Made by a program: the position numbers and the translations under genes. A stretch of DNA of 64,000 nucleotides, taken from positions 544,328 through 608,327 of the forward strand of contig NZ_JASGFK010000002.1 of assembly GCF_047605585.1 (NCBI RefSeq), written 5' to 3'. Below are positions 49,713-57,986 of this stretch, in pieces; position 1 is the stretch's first letter; each line of letters starts with the position of its first letter. Under the pieces are notes generated by a model. That model was not told the origin of the DNA and made no database searches. It saw nothing but the letters and a program-made list of their open reading frames with translations. Origin of the DNA: Asticcacaulis sp. (lineage in GTDB: Bacteria; Pseudomonadota; Alphaproteobacteria; Caulobacterales; Caulobacteraceae).

Positions 49713-50450
49713 TTGATGAAGCGCGTCTCCGTTTCGGGTTGGGCTTTACTGGCGGCGGTCGCGGCGTGCATGGTCATTCCGGCTTCCGCCCAGACGCCAC
49801 CGCCTGACCGCAACAGCACCTCGGATGCGCCACACTATGTCGATAATGCGGATTACGATCCGCAGCCCTATTATGTCGATGGTGTGCAGTATAAGCCTTA
49901 CGTACCCGAGAAAAAGAAGTCCAAGCCGGCGGATACGGCCCCGGTAGCGCCTGCGACCGACCAGGCGACGCCGGGTGAGCTGCACCCCTATGTGCCGGAT
50001 AATTCCGCCAGCATGGCCGAAGCCGATGCGCCCGCCAAGGCGGCGGCCTCTTCATCTTCGAGCGAGAGTCCGGAAAGCTATGCACCGAAGAAACGTCCGC
50101 GTTACGGCGTGGCGATCATCGAGGCTCTGGACAAGGTCACGGCCGAAAGCGTGCGTTTCGAGGCCCCCCTGGGCAAGCCTATCCGCTACAAGGGCCTGAT
50201 CTATACGGTTAAGGCCTGTGAAACGGCAGCCGATGACGAGGCGATGGGCGATGTCATGGCCTATATCCGCGTGCGCACCAATCCGGTGGCGGCCACCAAT
50301 ACCTCGCCGGCGACCAAGTCGAAGGAAATCTTCCGCGGCTGGACCTATGCCTCGACGCCGAGCCTGAACCCGATCCAGCATGCGGTCTACGACGCCTGGG
50401 TGATCGGCTGTCGCCAGCCGCTGCCCGTCAGTTCCTCACCAGCGACATAA
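49713..50450 (+). CDS. Secreted DUF2155-like protein (partner of the NDUFA12 homologue)
   Basis: Signal peptide, Pro/Ala-rich linker, conserved C-terminal block (…VAIIEALDKVTAESVRFEAPLGKPIRYKGLIYTVKACE…). Conserved gene pair in alphaproteobacteria. Confidence 0.65.
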   Translation: MMKRVSVSGWALLAAVAACMVIPASAQTPPPDRNSTSDAPHYVDNADYDPQPYYVDGVQYKPYVPEKKKSKPADTAPVAPATDQATPGELHPYVPDNSASMAEADAPAKAAASSSSSESPESYAPKKRPRYGVAIIEALDKVTAESVRFEAPLGKPIRYKGLIYTVKACETAADDEAMGDVMAYIRVRTNPVAATNTSPATKSKEIFRGWTYASTPSLNPIQHAVYDAWVIGCRQPLPVSSSPAT

Positions 50451-51072
50451 CCATCTGTCCGCTGACCATGCGCGGCAGGGTATAGAAATCGGCTTTCAGG
50501 TCGATGGCCGCTTCCAGCTTTTTCAGATAGTCGGCCTTGGGCAGTTCGACGACTCCGAACTGACTCAGGTGGTCGGTCTGGAACTGACAGTCGAGCAGGG
50601 TGAAGCCGCCCGCCTTCAGGCGCGCCACCAGATGGACCAGGGCGATCTTAGAGACATCGCGGGCGCGCGACACCATGCTTTCACCGAAAAAGGCGCCGCC
50701 GATCGAAACACCGTAAAGTCCGCCCAGCAGGGTATCCTGGTCCCAGACCTCTATGCTGTGCGCCAGGCCGCGCGCGAACAGGGCCTGATACAGAGCCTGG
50801 ATTGAATGGCTGATCCAGGTCGAGGTGCGGTTCTGCGCTTCTTCGGCGCATAGTTCGATCATCTGGGTAAAGGCGGTATCGATACGGACGCTGTAGCCGT
50901 CCTGCCGGACGGTGCGCGCCAGGCGTGAAGAGACGTGAAAGCCGTCGAGCGGCAGGACGCCGCGTATCGGCGGATCGACCAGAAACAGATATTCGTCGTC
51001 GCGCGCGTCCGACATAGGAAATATGCCGGTGCGATAGCAGTTGATCAGGTCGTCGAGCGTGAAATCAGTCAA
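50428..51072 (-). CDS. aat: Leucyl/phenylalanyl-tRNA--protein transferase
   Basis: …CYRTGIFPMSD…YLFLVDPPIRGVLPLDGFHVS… Aat signature. Confidence 0.9.
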   Translation of the reverse strand: MTDFTLDDLINCYRTGIFPMSDARDDEYLFLVDPPIRGVLPLDGFHVSSRLARTVRQDGYSVRIDTAFTQMIELCAEEAQNRTSTWISHSIQALYQALFARGLAHSIEVWDQDTLLGGLYGVSIGGAFFGESMVSRARDVSKIALVHLVARLKAGGFTLLDCQFQTDHLSQFGVVELPKADYLKKLEAAIDLKADFYTLPRMVSGQMVMSLVRN

Positions 51073-51141
51073 GGGCGGCGAATCCGGCGGAACGCCCTAT
51101 CAATACCGGCTGCATATCAGAAAGCAATAAGGTTCAAGACC

Positions 51142-51525
51142 TTAGGCGGCCTTGCAGGCGAAGCTATCCATGATCTTGTTGGGTACGCGCACATCGCCGA
51201 AAGGCGTGGTAGCGCCATCGGTGAAGCTGGTATGGTAGGTGATGCTGCAGGTTTGACCGGGTCTTGGCAGTATCTGGTTCTTGTCGGTATAGATGGTGTG
51301 GACGTTATCACGGGCATACCCGGCCTTGCTGACCGGGATCACCACCCAATTGGTGATGTAGCCGAAAACGAACAGCGGGCGTTTGTAAGGCTCGATATGC
51401 ACGTCCTGCAGTACATAGGAATCGAAGGGGCGCGACGGGAGGCTGTATTCTGTCGCCTGAGCGCCTGAAGTCGCTATCGGAAGCAGGAGCAGCAGCCCCA
51501 ATGCCAATACCTGTCCTGTTCTCAT
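51142..51525 (-). CDS. Hypothetical small secreted protein
   Basis: Signal peptide (MRTGQVLALGLLLLLPIATSGAQA). ATGA start/stop overlap with the upstream isochorismatase gene suggests co-translation. No family recognised. Confidence 0.5.
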   Translation of the reverse strand: MRTGQVLALGLLLLLPIATSGAQATEYSLPSRPFDSYVLQDVHIEPYKRPLFVFGYITNWVVIPVSKAGYARDNVHTIYTDKNQILPRPGQTCSITYHTSFTDGATTPFGDVRVPNKIMDSFACKAA

Positions 51526-52094
51526 GTCATCCCACATTCGAAGGCCATATCCTCGCAGGCCGCCAGTCTGACGAAAGTCTGTCCTGCCTCAAAGCCGTCG
51601 AGCAGGTGATTGTGATGCGTGACAATCTGGTCGAAACCAAGGCCATTCGCATCGGCTGTCGTGTGCCCGTCGCTTAGCAGGGTGACATTATATCCCATAG
51701 AGACGGCGCGACGAACAGTGGTATCGACGCAAAATTGCGTCATGCAGCCCCCGATGGCCAGGTGTTCGATACCGAGCCTGACGAGTTGCGCGTGCAGACG
51801 GGTCTCAAAGAAGCTGTCACTGAAACGCTTGTGAACGACAAGATCGCCGTCCTGCGGCGCGATTTCGGGCCGTAAATCCCAGCCGTCCGTACCGCGTTCC
51901 AGGCGATGGCCCATCTCCCCGTCGTGCTGGATCAGGATAACCGGGACACTGGCTTGCCGTGCCCTGGCCTGCACGGCTGCCAGACGCTGGACGGTGGCAT
52001 CAAGTGCCCGGCGCGTAGAGGACTCGCGTTCCGGCGTGGACTTGCCGTCCAGTATGGCGTTCTGAACATCGATAATGAGCAGGGCAGTGGTCAT
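51522..52094 (-). CDS. Isochorismatase-family cysteine hydrolase
   Basis: MTTALLIIDVQNA… and catalytic Cys in …AIGGCMTQFCVD…. Confidence 0.85.
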   Translation of the reverse strand: MTTALLIIDVQNAILDGKSTPERESSTRRALDATVQRLAAVQARARQASVPVILIQHDGEMGHRLERGTDGWDLRPEIAPQDGDLVVHKRFSDSFFETRLHAQLVRLGIEHLAIGGCMTQFCVDTTVRRAVSMGYNVTLLSDGHTTADANGLGFDQIVTHHNHLLDGFEAGQTFVRLAACEDMAFECGMT

Positions 52095-52177
52095 GGTCTT
52101 GTCTTCTGGCTGGGCTTCTGGGCAATAAAAAAGCCCTGCGTGAGCAAGGCTTTTTACGGATCAATTGAGGCAGGGGC

Positions 52178-53551
52178 TCAGGCCGGAGTGGCGAGCGCTT
52201 CCTGTGCCTTGATCCAGTTTTCCAGCCAGTGGATGTTGTAGTCACCCGACTGGATGTCCTTTTCCTGCAGCAGGTCAAGGAACAGCGGGATTGTGGTGTC
52301 GATGCCGGTGACGACGGTTTCACCGAGCGCGCGCTTGAGGCGGGCCAGAGCTTCCGGGCGGTCGCGGCCATGGACGATCAGCTTACCGATCATCGAGTCG
52401 TAATAGGGAGGGATGCTGTAGCCGTTATAGACGGCCGAATCCATGCGCACGCCCAGGCCGCCAGGGGCATGGAAGTCCGTCACCGTGCCGGGAGACGGCA
52501 CGAAGGTACGGGCGTTCTCGGCATTGATACGCACTTCGATCGAGTGGCCATGCAGGTCGATATCGGCCTGGGTGAAGCTGAGCGGATAGCCCTCGGCGAT
52601 ACGAATTTGTTCGCGAACCAGATCAATACCGGTGACATATTCGGTGACCGGGTGTTCGACCTGCAGGCGCGTGTTCATCTCGATGAAGAAGAATTCGCCG
52701 TCCTCGTAGAGGAACTCGATAGTGCCGACCCCGAGATAGCCAATGGCCTTGATGGCGTTGACGACGATCATGCCGATCTTGTCGCGGGCGGCCTTGTCGA
52801 TGACGGGCGAAGGCGCTTCTTCCAGCACCTTCTGGTGGCGGCGCTGCAGCGAGCAGTCGCGTTCGCCCAGATGCACGACATTGCCATGGCTGTCGGCGAT
52901 GACCTGGATTTCGATATGGCGCGGCTTCTGGAGATAGCGTTCCATATAGACAGTGCCGTCACCGAAAGCAGCGGCGGCTTCGGTCTGGGCGCTCATGACC
53001 TGTTCGGCCAGGGACTCACGATCCTTGGCGACCTTCATGCCACGACCACCGCCACCGGCGGCGGCCTTGATGATCAGCGGGAAGCCGATCTTTTCGGCGG
53101 CTTCCATGGCTTCCTCGACCGTGGCCACGCCACCGTCCGAGCCCGGAACGACCGGAATGCCGGAATCCTTGGCGGCCTGCTTGGCAGTGATCTTGTCGCC
53201 CATCATGCGGATGTGCTCGGGCTTAGGACCGATGAAGGTCATGCCGTGCGCCCCGACGATTTCGGCGAAACGGGCGTTTTCCGACAGGAAGCCGTAACCC
53301 GGATGGATGCCCTGCGCGCCGGTGATTTCAGCGGCGGCGATGATCGACGGGATGTTGAGATAGGACTTGCCTGCGGCCGGCGGCCCGATGCAGACGCTCT
53401 CATCGGCCAGATGGACGTGCATGGCGTTGCGGTCGGCTTCCGAATGGACGGCCACCGTGGCGATACCCATCTCCTTGGCGGCGCGAATGACGCGAAGGGC
53501 GATCTCGCCGCGATTGGCGATCAGGATCTTGTCAAATTTCTTGAGGGTCAT
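52178..53551 (-). CDS. accC: Acetyl-CoA carboxylase biotin carboxylase subunit
   Basis: …KILIANRGEIALRVIRA… ATP-grasp biotin carboxylase. Downstream of accB. Confidence 0.95.
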   Translation of the reverse strand: MTLKKFDKILIANRGEIALRVIRAAKEMGIATVAVHSEADRNAMHVHLADESVCIGPPAAGKSYLNIPSIIAAAEITGAQGIHPGYGFLSENARFAEIVGAHGMTFIGPKPEHIRMMGDKITAKQAAKDSGIPVVPGSDGGVATVEEAMEAAEKIGFPLIIKAAAGGGGRGMKVAKDRESLAEQVMSAQTEAAAAFGDGTVYMERYLQKPRHIEIQVIADSHGNVVHLGERDCSLQRRHQKVLEEAPSPVIDKAARDKIGMIVVNAIKAIGYLGVGTIEFLYEDGEFFFIEMNTRLQVEHPVTEYVTGIDLVREQIRIAEGYPLSFTQADIDLHGHSIEVRINAENARTFVPSPGTVTDFHAPGGLGVRMDSAVYNGYSIPPYYDSMIGKLIVHGRDRPEALARLKRALGETVVTGIDTTIPLFLDLLQEKDIQSGDYNIHWLENWIKAQEALATPA

Positions 53552-53557
53552 TGTGAC

Positions 53558-54049
53558 TTACTCGAAGACGACGAGCGGTTCGCCAAATTCAACGGGCTGC
53601 GCATCGCTGACCAGAATCTGCGCCACCACGCCTTCGCGCGGGCTGGGGATCGGGTTCATGGTCTTCATTGCCTCTATGATCAGCAGGGTCTGGCCCTGCT
53701 TGACGCGATCGCCGATCTTGATGAAGGCGGCCGCACCCGGTTGCGGCGACAGATAGGCGGTGCCGACCATCGGCGACTTTATGGCATCGGCGGCAACGGA
53801 TGCCGGGGCGGCGGCAGGCGCGGCTTCAGCAGCGGAGACCGCCGCCACAGGGGCAGCCACCGGGGCGGCGACAGGGGCAGGTACATAGGATACGCTGGCG
53901 GCGGCGGTCAGCTGGCGCGCCACGCGAATCTTCAGGTCGCCTTGCTCGACCTCGATCTCGGTCAGCTCGGTCTCTTTCAGGATGTCGGCGAGCTTGCGAA
54001 TCAGCTTGGGATCGATCGGATCGGAAGCGGGAGTTTTGGAAGTCGTCAT
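53558..54049 (-). CDS. accB: Acetyl-CoA carboxylase biotin carboxyl carrier protein
   Basis: Biotinyl-lysine motif EAMKTMN and an Ala/Pro-rich linker. Confidence 0.93.
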   Translation of the reverse strand: MTTSKTPASDPIDPKLIRKLADILKETELTEIEVEQGDLKIRVARQLTAAASVSYVPAPVAAPVAAPVAAVSAAEAAPAAAPASVAADAIKSPMVGTAYLSPQPGAAAFIKIGDRVKQGQTLLIIEAMKTMNPIPSPREGVVAQILVSDAQPVEFGEPLVVFE

Positions 54050-54090
54050 GTGATAGCCTTGTACTAAAGTCTTGAAACAAAAGACTCTAT

Positions 54091-54540
54091 TTATTTAACG
54101 AGGGTCAAAACGGCACGGATGGCCAGTTCATAACCAATGGAACCGAAACCTGCAACAATCCCTTTGGCGACCAGCGACACATATGAGTGATGGCGGAAAG
54201 CCTCGCGGGCATGGGGATTGGAGAGGTGGCATTCGATGATGGGGATGCTGAGCGCTTTCAGGGCGTCATACAGGGCCACCGAGGTATGGGTATAGGCCGC
54301 CGGATTGATGATGAGGGCACAGGCGTCCGTGCGGGCCTCCTGAATCCACTCCACCAACTGGCCTTCATGATTGCTCTGGCGGAAGACGAGATCGTGTTCT
54401 GTGCCTTCAAGCAGGCCTTTGCAACGCGCTTCGATATCAGCCAGGGTATCGTATCCATAAATTTCCGGTTCACGGACCCCAAGAAGGTTGAGGTTTGGGC
54501 CGTTGAGGACATATATGGGCTTGAGTGTCTTTTGGGACAT
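54091..54540 (-). CDS. aroQ: Type II 3-dehydroquinate dehydratase
   Basis: …[21 protein letters not shown]… signature. Conserved aroQ-accB-accC cluster. Confidence 0.93.
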   Translation of the reverse strand: MSQKTLKPIYVLNGPNLNLLGVREPEIYGYDTLADIEARCKGLLEGTEHDLVFRQSNHEGQLVEWIQEARTDACALIINPAAYTHTSVALYDALKALSIPIIECHLSNPHAREAFRHHSYVSLVAKGIVAGFGSIGYELAIRAVLTLVK

Positions 54541-54644
54541 GCAACCTGCCAGATAACGCGAAGCGGTTCTTGTAACGTGTCGTGAATAGGCTCACAAGCC
54601 GCAAACGCCGTATTGGGCGTGTTTCGGTAAAAAACGGCGTAGAA

Positions 54645-54848
54645 ATGGTCAAAATTCTGTTGAATGGCGAAGAAAGGGAGGTTACGGCCTCCAACCTGAC
54701 GGCCCTGATCGCCGATCTGGGGCTCGATGGGCGCAAGGTTGCGGTGGAAAAGAATCTCGAAATCGTGCCGCGGTCTACCTATCTGGCCACGCAGATCAAT
54801 GACGGCGACCGGCTGGAAATTGTACACTTTGTTGGAGGCGGCAACTGA
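54645..54848 (+). CDS. thiS: Thiamine-biosynthesis sulfur carrier ThiS
   Basis: About 67 aa ubiquitin-like protein ending …VGGG-N. Directly upstream of thiG. Confidence 0.85.
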   Translation: MVKILLNGEEREVTASNLTALIADLGLDGRKVAVEKNLEIVPRSTYLATQINDGDRLEIVHFVGGGN

Positions 54849-54851
54849 GCC

Positions 54852-55640
54852 ATGGACGATCAATCTCTCATCAATGACACCTGGAGTGTCGCGGGCCGCA
54901 CCTTTTCCTCGCGCCTGATCGTCGGCACCGGCAAGTACAAGGACTATGCCCAGAACGCCGCCGCTGCGCGTGCTTCGGGCGCCGAGATCGTCACGGTCGC
55001 TGTGCGCCGGGTCAATCTGACCGATCCGAACCAGCCGATGCTGATGGATTACGTCAAACAGGACGAGTTCACCTACCTGCCTAATACCGCCGGCTGCTTT
55101 ACCGGCGAGGACGCCGTGCGCACCCTGCGTCTGGCGCGCGAGGCCGGGGGCTGGAACCTGGTCAAGCTGGAAGTCCTGTCCGATCCCAAGACACTGTACC
55201 CGGACATGGAAGAGACTCTGAGATCGCTGAAATTGCTGGTCAAGGACGGCTTCGACGTTATGGTCTATTGCTCGGATGATCCGGTCTATGCCCGCAAGCT
55301 GGAAGAGGCCGGCGCCGCCGCCATCATGCCGTTGGCCGCTCCCATCGGTTCCGGTCTGGGCATCCAGAACCCAGTCACCCTGCGTATCATCATCGAGAAT
55401 GCGAAGGTGCCGGTGCTGGTCGATGCCGGGGTCGGCACGGCCTCCGAAGCGGCCGAGGCCATGGAACTGGGCTGCGATGCCGTGCTGATGAATACCGCCA
55501 TCGCCGAAGCGAAGGATCCGATCCGCATGGCGCGTGCCATGAAGCACGCGGTCATTGCCGGGCGAGAGGCCTATCTGGCCGGGCGGATGCCGCGAAAACT
55601 CTATGCCGATCCATCCTCGCCATTGGCGGGCCTGATCTGA
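54852..55640 (+). CDS. thiG: Thiazole synthase
   Basis: …LIVGTGKY…, …[14 protein letters not shown]… ThiG TIM-barrel motifs. Confidence 0.93.
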   Translation: MDDQSLINDTWSVAGRTFSSRLIVGTGKYKDYAQNAAAARASGAEIVTVAVRRVNLTDPNQPMLMDYVKQDEFTYLPNTAGCFTGEDAVRTLRLAREAGGWNLVKLEVLSDPKTLYPDMEETLRSLKLLVKDGFDVMVYCSDDPVYARKLEEAGAAAIMPLAAPIGSGLGIQNPVTLRIIIENAKVPVLVDAGVGTASEAAEAMELGCDAVLMNTAIAEAKDPIRMARAMKHAVIAGREAYLAGRMPRKLYADPSSPLAGLI

Positions 55641-55644
55641 CAAC

Positions 55645-55680
55645 AAAAACCCCGCAAGTTGAACTTGCGGGGTTTTTGTT
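55645..55680. terminator. Bidirectional intrinsic terminator between thiG (+) and the dsbA-like gene (-)
   Basis: AAAAACCCCGCAAGTT-gaa-CTTGCGGGGTTTTTGTT. Confidence 0.85.
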
Positions 55681-56440
55681 ACTTGCCGCTGCGGGCAGCC
55701 TGAACCGCTTTTTCCAGGTCTTCCAGCTTGGCGCCATCAATTGACTGATCACCGATGATGAAGGTCGGTGTGCCGCTGACACCGAGATCGGCCCCCAGCT
55801 GCAGGACACGGTCGATATGGGCCTTGACCTCGGCCGAGGCGGCTGTGCTGCGAACGGCGGCGGCATCGAGGCCCATGCTGTTCAGCAGGGCGGTCATTTC
55901 AGCTTCGCTACCGATGTGTTCGGTCATCAGGGCATAGTGAACCGCCTCATACTTGCCGGCTTGTGCCGCGCCGAGGGCAAAGGCTGCCAGCGGTCGCGAG
56001 TTCTGGTTGATGACGGGATATTCCTTGACGATGATGGCGACGTCAGGGTTTTTGGCCAGGAAGTCCTTCAGCACAGGCGTGGCGGCGCGGCAGTAACCGC
56101 AGTTATAATCGAGAAACTCGACGATCTTGATCGGCGCGTTCGGATTGCCGAGGATCGGATCGCTTTTGTCGTTGAACAGCGAGTCATGCTTGCCCTTGAT
56201 CGCCGCCGCCATCTCCTTCGCCTTTTCGGCATCGTTCTGGGCATTGAGCTTGGTGATTGCTGTCTGCAGCATGGCCGGACGATTGAGCAGGCCTTTTTCG
56301 ACCAGGAAGCTCTGCACCGGTGGCACGACATAGGGCGCGCCGGCCAGGACGACGGCGAATACGGCCAGTGCCGTGGTAAGATTGGTTTGTGAGAAGATGT
56401 CCTTCCATGGATTGGAAGGCGGAGCAGGAGTATCGGACAC
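55679..56440 (-). CDS. DsbA-family periplasmic thiol:disulfide oxidoreductase
   Basis: N-terminal TM/signal anchor. Thioredoxin fold with CGYC active site (…FLDYNCGYCRAA…). Confidence 0.85.
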   Translation of the reverse strand: MSDTPAPPSNPWKDIFSQTNLTTALAVFAVVLAGAPYVVPPVQSFLVEKGLLNRPAMLQTAITKLNAQNDAEKAKEMAAAIKGKHDSLFNDKSDPILGNPNAPIKIVEFLDYNCGYCRAATPVLKDFLAKNPDVAIIVKEYPVINQNSRPLAAFALGAAQAGKYEAVHYALMTEHIGSEAEMTALLNSMGLDAAAVRSTAASAEVKAHIDRVLQLGADLGVSGTPTFIIGDQSIDGAKLEDLEKAVQAARSGK

Positions 56441-56453
56441 TTATGGAGCCTTG

Positions 56454-57893
56454 TCAGTTGCGGCGGTACTTGGTTTCTTGTTCGACGGGCGCAATGCCCA
56501 TTTCCGAGGAACTGGCCATGACGATATCGCGGGCGCGGCGATATTCCGGCGAGGCCGCGTCGAGGTATTTCTGCGACCACACGGCCGATGAGCGGGCGGC
56601 CATGTAGTCCCCGCCGTAGAACTGCGCCTCGGCGGTGGAGAGACGGGCGAGGCCGGGCTGGTTCAGGCCATCATAGGCCTGCGCCAGCTGTTCCCAGGCA
56701 AAGCTGTCGTCTTCCTCGTATTTGACCGATTCCAGCAGATGCGCCACGGCGGAATTCAGGCTGTCCTTGTCGCCGAGGGCGATCAGGGCCTGGCCCAGGT
56801 TCAGCTGAAGCAGTGCGGCCTTGGGCATCAGATCGACCGATTTCTGATGCGCTGGCACGGCCAGGGCGGCGCGGCCGGTTTCGAAATAGATCTGGCCCTT
56901 CAGTTCCCACAGATAGGGGTTGTCGGGTTGCTCAGAGATCAGCTTGTCGAGCTGATCGATGGCCTGGTCCCACTGGCCGCGCTTGTAGGTGGCGATTACG
57001 CGAGCATAGCGCGCCGGATAGGAGGTGTCGGTCTCGGGATAAAGCTGGTAGGTCTTGATCGGATCGTCCAGGAAGCCAGCCAGCTTGGCTTTGACGATCT
57101 CGAACTCCTTCACCGTTTCTGGGCTGTCCGGCGTGTTGTAATGCGGCTGGGCTTGCGCCAGGCGCGTGGTCGCCTGAATCCGTTCGCGCGACAGCGGGTG
57201 CGTGATGAAGAACTGGTAGCGCTCGGCATTGCTGAAGGTTTCGACATTGCGGAACTTGTAGAAGAAATCGACCAGTCCCTTTCCTGACATGCCGGCTTTT
57301 TCCATGGCCTTGACGCCGGCGACATCGGCGGCCGATTCCTCGGTCTGCATGTAGTGCAGGGCGTTCAGCGTGCCGAAGGTCGAGGAACTGGCTGCGATGC
57401 CGAGGCCGGCATCTGGCGCGCCGGCCAGGGCCGCGACAATGCCGAGGCCGAGCGAGATGGCCATGGGAGCCCGCGCGGCGCGTTCGATTTCGTCCGTCCG
57501 CATCATGTGACCGCCGCTCAGGTGGCCGGTTTCGTGGGCAATGACGCCGAACAGCTGGTTGGGATTGTCGGCTTCCATGATGGTGCCGGTATTGATGCCG
57601 ATGCGCAGGCCGGTCGTGGCAAAGGCGTTAAGTTCATCGCTTGCGATCAGCAAGTAGTGAACGCGATCAGGGTCTAGCCCCGCGGCATCGAGCACGGGAC
57701 GGGTATTGGTTTTCAGAAAGGCTTCGACTTCGGTGTCGCGGATAATGCTTTGCGCTTCCTGTGCCTGGGCCGCCAGGGGCAGGGCGGAGATACCGGCCAT
57801 CAGCACCGCCACGGCGATCGTGCGTACGGCAAGAGACCTTAAATCTACAGATTTAAATCCATGAAAAGCCGACATTTTCCACGACCTGTTCAA
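56454..57893 (-). CDS. Periplasmic M48 metallopeptidase with TPR repeats (BepA/YfgC-like)
   Basis: Signal peptide. HExxH as …IAHETGHLSGGH…. C-terminal TPR repeats. Confidence 0.85.
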   Translation of the reverse strand: MNRSWKMSAFHGFKSVDLRSLAVRTIAVAVLMAGISALPLAAQAQEAQSIIRDTEVEAFLKTNTRPVLDAAGLDPDRVHYLLIASDELNAFATTGLRIGINTGTIMEADNPNQLFGVIAHETGHLSGGHMMRTDEIERAARAPMAISLGLGIVAALAGAPDAGLGIAASSSTFGTLNALHYMQTEESAADVAGVKAMEKAGMSGKGLVDFFYKFRNVETFSNAERYQFFITHPLSRERIQATTRLAQAQPHYNTPDSPETVKEFEIVKAKLAGFLDDPIKTYQLYPETDTSYPARYARVIATYKRGQWDQAIDQLDKLISEQPDNPYLWELKGQIYFETGRAALAVPAHQKSVDLMPKAALLQLNLGQALIALGDKDSLNSAVAHLLESVKYEEDDSFAWEQLAQAYDGLNQPGLARLSTAEAQFYGGDYMAARSSAVWSQKYLDAASPEYRRARDIVMASSSEMGIAPVEQETKYRRN

Positions 57894-57986
57894 TTCCGCC
57901 CCTCGGAGTCAGTAGGCGGTAAGCATGACAAATCTAAGGCGGGTATCGATCCATATCAATACCCGCCTTGAAGAGGCTTCAGAAGA

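Noticed and set aside
52229-54067. 612-aa ORF on the + strand
   Set aside because: It lies entirely antisense to accC and accB, which have unmistakable motifs. Long spurious antisense ORFs are expected in GC-rich DNA. It has no recognisable domains and a Gly/Asp/Arg-biased composition.
54541-54644. Possible TPP riboswitch upstream of thiS-thiG
   Set aside because: The ~100-nt leader lacks the THI-box hallmarks (CUGAGA, GGGGUGC, ACCUGAUCUGGAUAAUGCCAGCG-like segments). No support from the sequence.
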